64,000 bases of DNA from Pachysolen tannophilus NRRL Y-2460 (Eukaryota), in the NCBI GenBank assembly GCA_001661245.1, contig KV454015.1, forward strand, positions 124,001-188,000. The letters are read 5' to 3'. Below the pieces are notes generated by a model, which had not been told where the DNA came from, ran no database searches, and saw only the letters and a list, made by a program, of their open reading frames with translations. The translations under genes and the position numbers were made by a program. Within the stretch, counting starts at the first letter, position 1, and each line of letters starts with the position of its first letter. This document shows positions 54,222 through 64,000 of the stretch, piece after piece.

Positions 54222-55853
54222 ATGGGTGGTAATAAAATGCCTGAAAATATAGTGACGGAAAGTTCTGGTCGTTCGGAACCGTTGGGCGATGATACATCAA
54301 TTCAACCACCTCAACAACCAGGTAATTATATGGCAAGAGTTAAGTCAAGATGGTCAAATCCATTTTCAGAGAGTCATAATGATGCTGATGATAAAAAAAT
54401 TAGTGGTGGAAGTGGAGAGAATATTGAAAGAGATTTGAAAAAAAGGAGGATAAGTAATAGTGATTTTGATGCTATTCATCAAGAAGTTTCTTCAGATTTT
54501 ATTTCTCCAGCACAATTATATTCTACTGAGAGTGGTAGGTTATTTCATGCTGGACAATTATGCATTGCACTTTGTGGGTTACCTGCTCGTGGTAAGACTC
54601 ATTTATCAGTTTCTTTATGTCGGTATTTAAGATGGCTTGGTGTAAAAGCTAAGATTTTCCATCTTGGAGATTATAGAAGATCATATTGTGAAAAAAAAAA
54701 TATTTCACAAACTTTTTGGAATCCATTAGAGAATCTGAATGAAAGAGAAGAGATTGTAAATGAGTGTATTAGTGATATAGCAAGTTATTTTGAAAATGAT
54801 AAAGGTCAAGTTGTTATTTATGATGCTATAAATGCTTTATCAAAGGATAGATTAGATTTCCATTCTTTATTAACTGAAAAAGATGTTAAAGTTTTATTTA
54901 TTGAATCAATTGTTACTGATGAACGATTATTACATAAGAATGTTTCAGATGCTTCAAAATCCCCTGATTATGAAAATTGGGATCCTGAAAAGGCAACAGA
55001 AAATTATATTTCAAGAATTAAAATAATATCACCAATATATCAAGAAATGAATGAACCAGAATTGACATATATTAAATTTATTAATTTTGGTGAAAATATT
55101 GTAATAAATAATGATAAATTTGGATTTTTAGTTAAAAAAATTGTTTTCTTTTTAATGAATTCAAGAATTAAAAGTGGATCTGTTTTTTTTGCAAGATGTT
55201 CAAATAATAAACTTAAATTTAAAAGTGATCCACCATTAGATGAAAAGGGAAGTGAATATTTTAAAAAATTAAATAAAACTTTATTAGATTATATATCAAA
55301 GAGTAAAGGTGATAATTTTTATCAAAATATTCCAATTAAATCAGCTTCTAAAAATGAAAAACAACCACCAATTGGATTTGATGGACAACATGAAAATGAT
55401 TTTGTTGTTTGGACTTCAACACGACTTAGAACTATACAAGCTTCACAATCATTTACTAAATTAGGAATTAAAACAAGAGAAAGAACTCAATTAACTCAAA
55501 AAAATCCTGGTGATGTTGAAGGTCTTACAGATGAAGAGATTAAAGAAAAATATCCAGAAGATTATGAAAAACATCAACAAGATCCTTATCATCATAGGTA
55601 TGGCCGTGCAGAATCTTATCATGATTTAGCAGTGAAAATTGAACCTTTAATCTTGGAAATGGAAAGAATGAGTGGAGATATTTTAATTATTGCAGATGAA
55701 ACTGTTATTAGAGTTTTTTATGGATATTTAATGGCTTGTTCATGTAATGAAATTCCATTTTTAGAATTCCCACAAAATGAAATTGTACAAATTCAATATA
55801 ATGCATATTCTAATATTGCAAAGAGAATTACCATTGAAGGAGTAGATCCATAG
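54222..55853 (+). CDS. 6-phosphofructo-2-kinase/fructose-2,6-bisphosphatase-like protein (YLR345W family)
   Basis: SPAQLYSTESGRLFHAG, GLPARGKT, DPYHHRY..AESYHDLAV..EPLILEMER. Start is ATG 54222 or 54237. Confidence 0.9.
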   Translation: MGGNKMPENIVTESSGRSEPLGDDTSIQPPQQPGNYMARVKSRWSNPFSESHNDADDKKISGGSGENIERDLKKRRISNSDFDAIHQEVSSDFISPAQLYSTESGRLFHAGQLCIALCGLPARGKTHLSVSLCRYLRWLGVKAKIFHLGDYRRSYCEKKNISQTFWNPLENLNEREEIVNECISDIASYFENDKGQVVIYDAINALSKDRLDFHSLLTEKDVKVLFIESIVTDERLLHKNVSDASKSPDYENWDPEKATENYISRIKIISPIYQEMNEPELTYIKFINFGENIVINNDKFGFLVKKIVFFLMNSRIKSGSVFFARCSNNKLKFKSDPPLDEKGSEYFKKLNKTLLDYISKSKGDNFYQNIPIKSASKNEKQPPIGFDGQHENDFVVWTSTRLRTIQASQSFTKLGIKTRERTQLTQKNPGDVEGLTDEEIKEKYPEDYEKHQQDPYHHRYGRAESYHDLAVKIEPLILEMERMSGDILIIADETVIRVFYGYLMACSCNEIPFLEFPQNEIVQIQYNAYSNIAKRITIEGVDP

Positions 55854-55874
55854 GATCCTATGGACCTTTTATTA

Positions 55875-55918
<44 letters not shown>

Positions 55919-56007
55919 CATTTCAAAATTATTACTTTTTTTTTTGTATACATTAAAAATTTTATTAAACACTTACCTAGATCATTCATTACATCTATTA
56001 CCATTAT

Positions 56008-56039
<32 letters not shown>

Positions 56040-56041
56040 CT

Positions 56042-56770
56042 CTATTCTATTTTATTACATCGTTTAGCCTTTCTTTGATGCCATAAATCATATTCCAGTT
56101 TAAAACTTAATGGACATTCATAACAACTATCTTTAATATAAAATTTTTGTAAAAAATTCCAATTAACAATCCATCTAATAATTCCAATATCTCTTGCAAT
56201 ACAAACTATTAAAAAATAACAACTTCCTAAAAAACAACCAAATATTACACCAACTAAAGTTTGTTCAATAGTATGATACATTAAATAAATTCTTGAAAAT
56301 ACAACACCAATAGAGCAAATTATAAATATAAAACATAAATAAAATTTATTCAATTTATTTAAATTTGGCCATTGATAAATAATTTTTAATAAAAAATAAC
56401 AACAAAAAAATCCCATAAATTGTGAATGAGCACTTGGCATACCATATTCTAAACTTTTATTTAAACTTCCAGTATTAATCGTACCATTAGCTTTAAATAT
56501 TCCAACTGATAAAAATTCAGGTCTTGGTCTTTCTTGTTTAATTAAATGTTTAATAATATTATTAATTATATCATTTATAACTTGTCCAAATGCAATAATA
56601 ACAGGTTCAATTTCCCTTGTTATTAAAAACCAAGAAAAATAAAAAATTAAAATTTCTATAGGGAGTAATGAAAAAATTGCTGATATTAAAGAAATTGGAT
56701 CAGATGGATTATATAAAACATAAGTATGATCAAATGGAATTGGTTCATACAGTATCGTCGAGACCCCCAT
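56042..56770 (-). CDS. CAX4: Dolichyl pyrophosphate phosphatase (PAP2 family)
   Basis: PFDHTY, KHLIKQERP, YGMPSAHSQF, SRIYLMYHT. Confidence 0.95.
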   Translation of the reverse strand: MGVSTILYEPIPFDHTYVLYNPSDPISLISAIFSLLPIEILIFYFSWFLITREIEPVIIAFGQVINDIINNIIKHLIKQERPRPEFLSVGIFKANGTINTGSLNKSLEYGMPSAHSQFMGFFCCYFLLKIIYQWPNLNKLNKFYLCFIFIICSIGVVFSRIYLMYHTIEQTLVGVIFGCFLGSCYFLIVCIARDIGIIRWIVNWNFLQKFYIKDSCYECPLSFKLEYDLWHQRKAKRCNKIE

Positions 56771-57737
56771 GTTTTCAAAATAATTAAGTAAAAAAAAAAG
56801 AAAAAAAAAGAAAAAAGTTTCACCTCCCCCCTTTCTCCACGGTAAAAAAGTATTACAACTTTTTGTACAATATACTCATTCAATTAAATAATATTTTTTT
56901 ATCAATAATAACAATAATAAAATAGAAAACAAAGAAATTAAACGTTATAAAAAAAAAAATAGGGTCGTGTCAAAAACAAACAAATCAGTATTATTAGTGA
57001 CACGACAGGTATACTAGTTCTGCCAAAACAAGAGTTTGTTTGTTTTTTGCGCTTGAGTTTAAGTTCTGTCATCCTTATTGCTATTGCTATTGACACGCTT
57101 TATTGAAAGAAAAAAAGAAAAAAAAACTTAGGTCGTGTTTCCAAATCCCAGAAAATCCGTTTTTGGCTAATTGCAATAGAAACAAACGTCGTGTTTCCCA
57201 TGAACAAAAAAAAAAAAAAAAAAAAGAAAGAATATGAAACAGAGTCGTGGATACAAATTGCAAACATCCCCATAAAGTATACTGACCCGTGGTTTTGGAA
57301 AAGAAAAAAAAAATTTTTGTTTGTTTTGTTTTGGCAGACACATCTCGCCCGTTCGAAATGAAAACAATTTTTATTTTTTTTTGTATGATCTATAAGAAAT
57401 CTAAATAGTAATATATAACAATATTTATATTAATTATTTATTTTTTTCCATCATTTTAATATATTGCTCTTATTCTTTATTTATAGATAATTGAACTTTG
57501 AGGGTCAATCATTTTTATAAGAGCTAAAAAGAGAGAAAGAGAGAATAAAGATAGAAAAAGAAAAAAAATAAAAATAAATTAAAAAAAAAAGGTATTTTTT
57601 GTTTTATATTTTAAAAGTACCAAAAAAAACAGTTTTGTTAGTATAGATTTATAATATATATATATATTATAAATATATATATATATATATATTTATATGT
57701 ATATATTGTTTTTTGAATTGAACAGCGGGAAGTGAAC

Positions 57738-60347
57738 ATGAATATCAGTAATATTTTGGAGACGGCGATATTGAGTCCGGATCCAGTAAAGAGAAATGAA
57801 GCTGAACGTCAATTAGAAGATGCTGCTATAAATCATTTTGTAACTTATTTAGGGTTATTAATTGAAGTTTTAGCTAATGAATCTGAAAAGACAGAAGTTA
57901 GAATGTTAGCAGGTATTCAATTGAAAAATCAATTTACTTCAAAAGATCAGAAAAAAAAATTGGAACAAATTGAAAGATGGATATCATTAGATAATTCTGC
58001 AAAACAAAAAATTAAAGAAATTTCTTTAAAATCATTATTAACCGCTGATGAACGTGTTGCAAATTCTGGTGCTCAATTGGTTGCAGCTATAGCAGATATT
58101 GAATTACCAAGAAATGAATGGCCACAATTATTACCAATAATAGTGGAAAATACAAAAACTGAACAACCAGTAAATGTTAAACGTGCATCATTACTTACAA
58201 TTGGTTATATTTGTGAAACTCTGGATCCAACAAATCAAAATATTGTTAGTCAAGCAAATGGAATTTTAATTGCAATTGTTCAAGGAGCTCAATCTTCAGA
58301 ACCTTCTGTTAAAGTAAGATTAACCGCTATAAATGCTTTAGTTAATTCATTAGAATTTATTAGATTTAATTTTGAAAGAGAAGGTGAAAGAAATTATATA
58401 ATGCAAGTTGTTTGTGAAGCAACTCAAGCTGATGATACTGAATTACAAGCAAGTGCATTTGGGGCTTTAGCTAAAATAATGAGTTTATATTATCATTATA
58501 TGAGTGTTTATATGGAAAGAGCATTATATGGATTAACTGTATCTGGTATGCAAAGTCAAGATGAAAAAGTTTCATGTATGGCTGTAGAATTTTGGTCAAC
58601 TGTTTGTGAAGAAGAATTAGAAATTGCATTACAAAAAGAAGAATATGCAGAAAGTATATCAACTGAAAATCCAGAATTAATTTCTTATAATTTTGCCTTG
58701 GTAGCAATTCAAGATGTTTTACCAACTTTATTAACTTTATTAACAAGACAAAATGAAGATCCTGAAGATGAATCTTGGACAGTTGCTATGGCTGCAGGTG
58801 CTTGTTTAACTTTATTTGCTCAAAATACTCAAAATTATGTAGTACAACCAACTTTACAATTTGTTGAACAACATATTGGTTCAAATAGTTGGAGAGATAG
58901 AGAAGCTGCAGTAATGGCATTTGGTTCTATATTAGATGGTCCTGATAGAGAACAGTTAAAACATTTGATTTCTCAAGCTTTAACTCCAATCTTGAATTTA
59001 ATTAAAGATGAATATTTACAAGTTAAGGAAACTGTTGCTTGGTGTCTTGGAAGAATTGCAGATTTAGTTGTTGATGCAATAGATATTAATACACAATTGC
59101 CAAATGTAATCCAGGCATTATTAATTGGATTACAAGATCATCCAAAAGTTTCAACAAATTGTTGTTGGACATTGATGAACTTGGTAGAACAATTATGTTC
59201 AAATGGTGTTCAAGAACAAACTACTGCAATGTCTCAATATTATGAAACTATTGTTCCAGTATTGATTCAATTAAGTGGTAGAGGTGATAATGAATATTCT
59301 TCAAGAGCTTCAGCTTATGAGGCATTATCTACTATGGTCTTGTACAGTTCTCTGGATGTTATGCCAATAGTTAATCAAATTGCTTCAGAAGCTTTGACAA
59401 GATTGGATGCAACAATTGGTATGCAATCACAAGTTCAAACTTCAGAAGATAAAGCCAATTTAGGTGAATTACAAACTAATATTTTATCTTTGTTAACTAA
59501 TGTTATTAGAAGAGCTGGTAAAGATGTTATTTCTGTTTCAGATAATTTGATGGAAATGTTTTTAAGATTATTACAAGCACAAGAACCAAATTCTATCATA
59601 GAAGAAGATATATTTATTGGTATAAGTGCTGTAGCTGATGCAATTGATAAAAATTTTATGAAATATATGGAACTGTTTTTACCTTATTTAACAAAGGCTT
59701 TAGAAAATACTGAATCTCCTATTTGTGAAACTGCTGTTGGTTTGGTTGCAGATATTTCTCATTCTTTAGGTGATTCAATAATACCATATTGTCAAGGTCT
59801 TATGAATATTTTGGGAAGCAATTTAAACCGTCCAGATGTTAAAAGGGAATTAAGACCAGTCATATTATCTTGTTTTGGTGATATTGCATCTTCAATTGGG
59901 AAAGAATTTATTCAATATTTGGATGTTGTTATGAATATTTGTAACCAAGCACAGAATTTACAACCATCAGATAGTTCAATTGAAACTCTTGATTACGTAT
60001 TAACTTTGAAAGAATCAGTTTTGGATGCCTATGTTGGTATTATCGCTGGGTTACATGATGATCCACAATCAATTTTAAAATATGTTCCTCAGATTTTCCA
60101 ATTCTTATTGTTATTATACACCGATATCAACATGATCTCTTCTGATAATACTTCAAGATCTGCCGTTGGTATGATCGGTGATTTAGCATCTATGTTTCCA
60201 AATGGTGATATCAAAGATGCATATCGTCAAGAATGGGTCACTGATCTCATTAAAAGAACTAGATCAAATAACAACTTTAGTCAACAAACTAAAGAAACTG
60301 CAAGATGGGCAAGAGATCAACAGAAGAAACAACTTGCTATACCATAA
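57738..60347 (+). CDS. KAP95: Importin beta-1 (karyopherin Kap95)
   Basis: AAIADIELP, NFEREGERNYIMQVVCEATQ, AVEFWSTVCEEE, REAAVMAFGSILDGP, ILSCFGDIA. First ATG at 57738. Confidence 0.98.
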   Translation: MNISNILETAILSPDPVKRNEAERQLEDAAINHFVTYLGLLIEVLANESEKTEVRMLAGIQLKNQFTSKDQKKKLEQIERWISLDNSAKQKIKEISLKSLLTADERVANSGAQLVAAIADIELPRNEWPQLLPIIVENTKTEQPVNVKRASLLTIGYICETLDPTNQNIVSQANGILIAIVQGAQSSEPSVKVRLTAINALVNSLEFIRFNFEREGERNYIMQVVCEATQADDTELQASAFGALAKIMSLYYHYMSVYMERALYGLTVSGMQSQDEKVSCMAVEFWSTVCEEELEIALQKEEYAESISTENPELISYNFALVAIQDVLPTLLTLLTRQNEDPEDESWTVAMAAGACLTLFAQNTQNYVVQPTLQFVEQHIGSNSWRDREAAVMAFGSILDGPDREQLKHLISQALTPILNLIKDEYLQVKETVAWCLGRIADLVVDAIDINTQLPNVIQALLIGLQDHPKVSTNCCWTLMNLVEQLCSNGVQEQTTAMSQYYETIVPVLIQLSGRGDNEYSSRASAYEALSTMVLYSSLDVMPIVNQIASEALTRLDATIGMQSQVQTSEDKANLGELQTNILSLLTNVIRRAGKDVISVSDNLMEMFLRLLQAQEPNSIIEEDIFIGISAVADAIDKNFMKYMELFLPYLTKALENTESPICETAVGLVADISHSLGDSIIPYCQGLMNILGSNLNRPDVKRELRPVILSCFGDIASSIGKEFIQYLDVVMNICNQAQNLQPSDSSIETLDYVLTLKESVLDAYVGIIAGLHDDPQSILKYVPQIFQFLLLLYTDINMISSDNTSRSAVGMIGDLASMFPNGDIKDAYRQEWVTDLIKRTRSNNNFSQQTKETARWARDQQKKQLAIP

Positions 60348-60638
60348 GAATACAGAAAGAGAAGAAGCAAGCAACAACAAAAAAATTATTTGTTTTAGAT
60401 TTTTGTTGACTACTTATATTTTGTTCTTTCGTTCCAACTTTTAAATCATAAAATTTGAAATTATTCTTTTATCATTAAAAGCAAATAAAATCAAAGAAAG
60501 AAAAAAAAAATAATTCAAAAGAAGGAATAAACTTAAAGAAAGAAACGAAGTTCAAACTTCACAATTTTTTTAATGCTTGTGGTAAAGTTTATTTGAATTT
60601 TATCTTTTATGTGTGCTTTTTTTTTTTTTNTTTTTTTT

Positions 60639-61030
60639 NNNNNNNNNNNNNNNNNNNNNNNNNNNNNNNNNNNNNNNNNNNNNNNNNNNNNNNNNNNNNN
60701 NNNNNNNNNNNNNNNNNNNNNNNNNNNNNNNNNNNNNNNNNNNNNNNNNNNNNNNNNNNNNNNNNNNNNNNNNNNNNNNNNNNNNNNNNNNNNNNNNNNN
60801 NNNNNNNNNNNNNNNNNNNNNNNNNNNNNNNNNNNNNNNNNNNNNNNNNNNNNNNNNNNNNNNNNNNNNNNNNNNNNNNNNNNNNNNNNNNNNNNNNNNN
60901 NNNNNNNNNNNNNNNNNNNNNNNNNNNNNNNNNNNNNNNNNNNNNNNNNNNNNNNNNNNNNNNNNNNNNNNNNNNNNNNNNNNNNNNNNNNNNNNNNNNN
61001 NNNNNNNNNNNNNNNNNNNNNNNNNNNNNN
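60639..61030. other. Assembly gap (N run) flanked by poly-T
   Basis: Run of N. Confidence 1.
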
Positions 61031-61485
61031 TGTTTTTTTTTTTTTTTTTTTTTTTTTTGGTTTTTATCTTATTTTATCTTTATTTTATCTTTATTTTATT
61101 TTATCTTTATTTTAGTTTATTTTATCATTTTATCTCGTCATTTTTTTTTTTTTTGTCTTTTTTTTTATAGTATTGCCTCTCTTTTTTATCTATTTTCTAC
61201 CTCTTTTCATTCTCCTCTTGTTCAATGATTGTTATGTTTATAGTTTTTTTTTTATTATTTTTTATTTAACTCTTTTATTTTTTTCCACTTTTTCTGTATC
61301 TTTTTCTCTTTTCTCTGTCTCCTCGAGGTTTTATATATCTTACTTTTTTAATATTTTTTTGATGCATTTAAATGAAATAGAATTGTAGATATGAATGTCT
61401 ATTATTTTTATATACAAAAACCTGTTTAAACCCCCCAAATAAATAAACAAAATAAAATAAATAAAATCCCTTTTTTTCCCTCACC

Positions 61486-63447
61486 TTAAAAATCATCCAT
61501 ATTAACCAATTTGCTTTTCTTAACCTCTTCAAATTCTTTTATCCAAAATTCCATCTCTCTAATAGCATCCAAGCTATGTAAATTTACCGTTGGTATCACT
61601 TTGTCGAAATCTAGCAATATTACAAAAAAGCTTAATTCTCTAAAAGAAGAATGTTCACTATAAGGCACCTGGTACAATTGTATAAGCCTATTAACATTGA
61701 ACTGCTTTTCAATTTGTTCAATCTTGAAATTACTGTTATCATTTTTATCTCTGTTTTGCAACAAGATTCTCATTAAAATATCATTTTTGGACATTTCTTT
61801 CATCCATTTTGTAGAGTTTTGAGATAAATAAGACCAACCAGTAGGCCTGAAAACAACCATTTGAGTAAAATGATTTCTAAAAGGATGAAAATAATTTTCC
61901 AAATTATCGTTATTTAAATATCCCATAGGAATCAAATGTACCTGGGTCTCATAAGGGTTGTCAGTTATTAGATTTTTTAGCTCTGGCCAATCAAAAGTGT
62001 TCAAAATATCTCTTTTCGAGATATTTGCATAGACTTTACAATTCAAAGTCTTTGCAATGTCTAATGCAATTCTTTCCTTACCTATAGTATATGTACCAAT
62101 ACATATCAAATAATTTTTCTTATTTTTGTTAGATGATTGAAGTAAGTTTCTATTGAAAAAATCTGTTACTCTTTGTTGAATCTTTCTCCCAGAATACTCT
62201 CCACTTACAAGAGCATTTGTGAATTTACTGGTGATTGAAATCACATCTTCTTGTTTAGGGAAATCATAAGTTGGATTTAAATATGTAGTATCAAGGTAAC
62301 ACCTATTAATTTTCCCATAACATAATAATTTTGATATCATTTCTTTATTAATTCTAAAATCACCACAGTGTAATATTTTAAAATTTGTTTTCACATCTTT
62401 AAATAAAAAAATCCCACTTCCAGGACAATGATTTGCATCAATTAAGGTAACTTGAATATCAGTATCTGGAATCTGATAAGGTACATCAAATTCAAGACTT
62501 TTAATTATTTCTTCATTAACTTTAAATTTCAATATTAGTAGTTTTTTGGTAATATTTGAACAATAAATAATACCATTTGACCAATTTTTAGTGATCCCCA
62601 TATAATGATCAGAATGGAAATGAGATAGAAAATAGTTTACTATATCATCATGTTTGCGGTAGTTAAATGCATCAACAGCAAATTTTGTTGTAAAATTTGT
62701 TGTCAAAGATTTCAAATTATTATCATCATCTCCATTTTTAAATTCCAATATTTTCAACTGTGGTATTGGTTGTCTCTCTCTCTTTGGTTTATTCTCTTCT
62801 TTAATTTTAGTTTCTTCTTTAATATAACTTTCCTTTTTGTTTTCTTCAATTTCATCTTCCACTAATGAACAAGTTGAAGGATTTCCAAAATTATTAGATT
62901 TCATTGATTTATAAACATATCCAGTTTGAGTAGTGACGTTAAAGGTATTGGTCATTGTTGGATCCGTGGTAAAACAATCATTTACATGGATATTTCTATC
63001 ATCTAACGTGAGCTTTTCTATATCTATTCCACAAATCGGGCATGATATCTTTTCATCTAAAATTTTCAACTCATCATCTTGTATCTCATCATAATTTTTT
63101 TTTTCTAAAAACATCATCAGTTCTTGCCTATCATCAGTAGATAACTCTTTTACTTCTCCGGTTTCTCTCTTGACCACCAGCAGCACTGGCAGCAGTATCG
63201 GCAGCACTGGTGGCAGCACTGGTGATAGCACTGGTGATAGCACTGGTGGCAAAGGAAGCACCGCCAGATCATCATTATCATGATCTTCTTCACCATCACT
63301 GGTTAAATCTATAACATTGCTTTCATTCACTCTATTGCTATTTCTTAATCTGTTTCCTTCACTTTCAAATAAAGTTGATTGCACCAAACATTTCCTATTG
63401 CTCCTTGTCCCACTAGTTGATCTATACTTTCTCTTTTTTTGCAACAT
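61486..63447 (-). CDS. PSO2: DNA cross-link repair nuclease Pso2/Snm1 (beta-CASP)
   Basis: UBZ CPICG...HVNDC, FLSHFHSDHY, DANHCPG, HCGDFR, YLDTTY, PTGW, VPYSEHSSF, VIPTVN. Confidence 0.96.
   Translation of the reverse strand: MLQKKRKYRSTSGTRSNRKCLVQSTLFESEGNRLRNSNRVNESNVIDLTSDGEEDHDNDDLAVLPLPPVLSPVLSPVLPPVLPILLPVLLVVKRETGEVKELSTDDRQELMMFLEKKNYDEIQDDELKILDEKISCPICGIDIEKLTLDDRNIHVNDCFTTDPTMTNTFNVTTQTGYVYKSMKSNNFGNPSTCSLVEDEIEENKKESYIKEETKIKEENKPKRERQPIPQLKILEFKNGDDDNNLKSLTTNFTTKFAVDAFNYRKHDDIVNYFLSHFHSDHYMGITKNWSNGIIYCSNITKKLLILKFKVNEEIIKSLEFDVPYQIPDTDIQVTLIDANHCPGSGIFLFKDVKTNFKILHCGDFRINKEMISKLLCYGKINRCYLDTTYLNPTYDFPKQEDVISITSKFTNALVSGEYSGRKIQQRVTDFFNRNLLQSSNKNKKNYLICIGTYTIGKERIALDIAKTLNCKVYANISKRDILNTFDWPELKNLITDNPYETQVHLIPMGYLNNDNLENYFHPFRNHFTQMVVFRPTGWSYLSQNSTKWMKEMSKNDILMRILLQNRDKNDNSNFKIEQIEKQFNVNRLIQLYQVPYSEHSSFRELSFFVILLDFDKVIPTVNLHSLDAIREMEFWIKEFEEVKKSKLVNMDDF
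63178..63250 (-). repeat. 12-bp coding minisatellite in PSO2 (CCAGTGCT(A/G)(T/C)CA)
   Basis: Plus strand shows AGCACTGGTG(A/G) units, about 6 copies. Confidence 0.85.
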
Positions 63448-63654
63448 TCTCTTTGTAAATTCAACTCATTTAAATATTGAAATATATATTTATATATAAA
63501 ATATATATATTTGTATGGGTTTTTTCCTTTTTTTGCATTTTGCTCTCTTATAATTAAAATACCAATTTAATATAAATTTTGATTCATATTATATTTCAGA
63601 AAACTTGATCATTGATATGGATTAATAGCTAAACCAATAGCAAAGAACTGGAGA

Positions 63655-64000
63655 ATGGGGTTGATATCTATAATAAGGAAACAAAAGTTAAAAGATAAAG
63701 AATTAAGAGTATTAATGCTTGGTTTAGATAATAGTGGTAAGACAACAATTGTGAAATCATTATTGGGACAAGATGTTAAACAAGTTTCACCTACAATGGG
63801 GTTCAATATAGAGACAGTGGATTATCATGATTATATAATAAACATCTGGGATGTTGGTGGCCAATCTTCTTTGAGACCTTTTTGGTTTAATTATTTTGAA
63901 AAAACAGATTCTTTAATATGGGTGATTGATTCATTATCTCTTGAAAGATTACAAGAAAATTTTATTGAATTTAAAAAAATATTGATTGAAGATAGATTAA
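63655..64000 (+). CDS. CIN4: Arf-like GTPase Arl2/Cin4 (3'-truncated; absent from the ORF track)
   Basis: MGLISIIRKQKLKDKELRVLMLGLDNSGKTT...SPTMGFNI...WDVGGQSSLRPFWFNYFEKTD; divergent from PSO2. Confidence 0.93.
   Translation, partial: MGLISIIRKQKLKDKELRVLMLGLDNSGKTTIVKSLLGQDVKQVSPTMGFNIETVDYHDYIINIWDVGGQSSLRPFWFNYFEKTDSLIWVIDSLSLERLQENFIEFKKILIEDRL

Noticed and set aside
57087..57367. Short ORFs in the CAX4/KAP95 spacer
   Set aside because: Poly-Phe from T-tracts; promoter sequence.
57635..57641. Minus-strand TACTAAC near KAP95; plus-strand TACTAAC at 24672
   Set aside because: Wrong strand for the nearest gene and no plausible donor/acceptor pair.
1..64000. CUG-Ser (Candida-type) code
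   Set aside because: The informative conserved CTG columns correspond to Ala in homologs, not Ser.
1..64000. Transposon ORFs, clear LTRs, CRISPR arrays, rRNA, point centromere
   Set aside because: No gag/pol/transposase motifs, TG..CA repeats, spaced arrays or CDE elements seen; (AT)n and poly-A/T tracts are ordinary for this genome.

Overview
AT-rich, gene-dense segment of a budding-yeast (Saccharomycotina) nuclear chromosome with three N-gaps. It holds about 29 protein genes (RPN7 and CIN4/ARL2 truncated at the edges), two arginine tRNA genes (UCU and CCG) and at least three spliceosomal introns that the ORF track missed (RPL26; a two-intron heme/steroid-binding gene). The main signal is a non-standard genetic code: in-frame CTG codons in KAP95, DDP1, GAS2 and GET4 sit at columns that are Ala in homologs. 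This points to the CUG-Ala clade (Pachysolen/Nakazawaea-type yeast), so the supplied translations have L where A is likely. Other observations: a 1-nt frameshift in a T-run of GAS2; a probable 5'-UTR intron ending exactly at the FKS1 ATG; an RPL26 promoter combining GGTGTA arrays, TTAGGG, an Mcm1-type palindrome and a Homol-D-like site; long-range pairing in the RPL26 intron; a recurrent (G)GTCGTG promoter motif; and deep microsynteny with S. cerevisiae, including the tRNA-Arg(CCG) position. Gene identities come from motifs recalled from memory, not from database searches.
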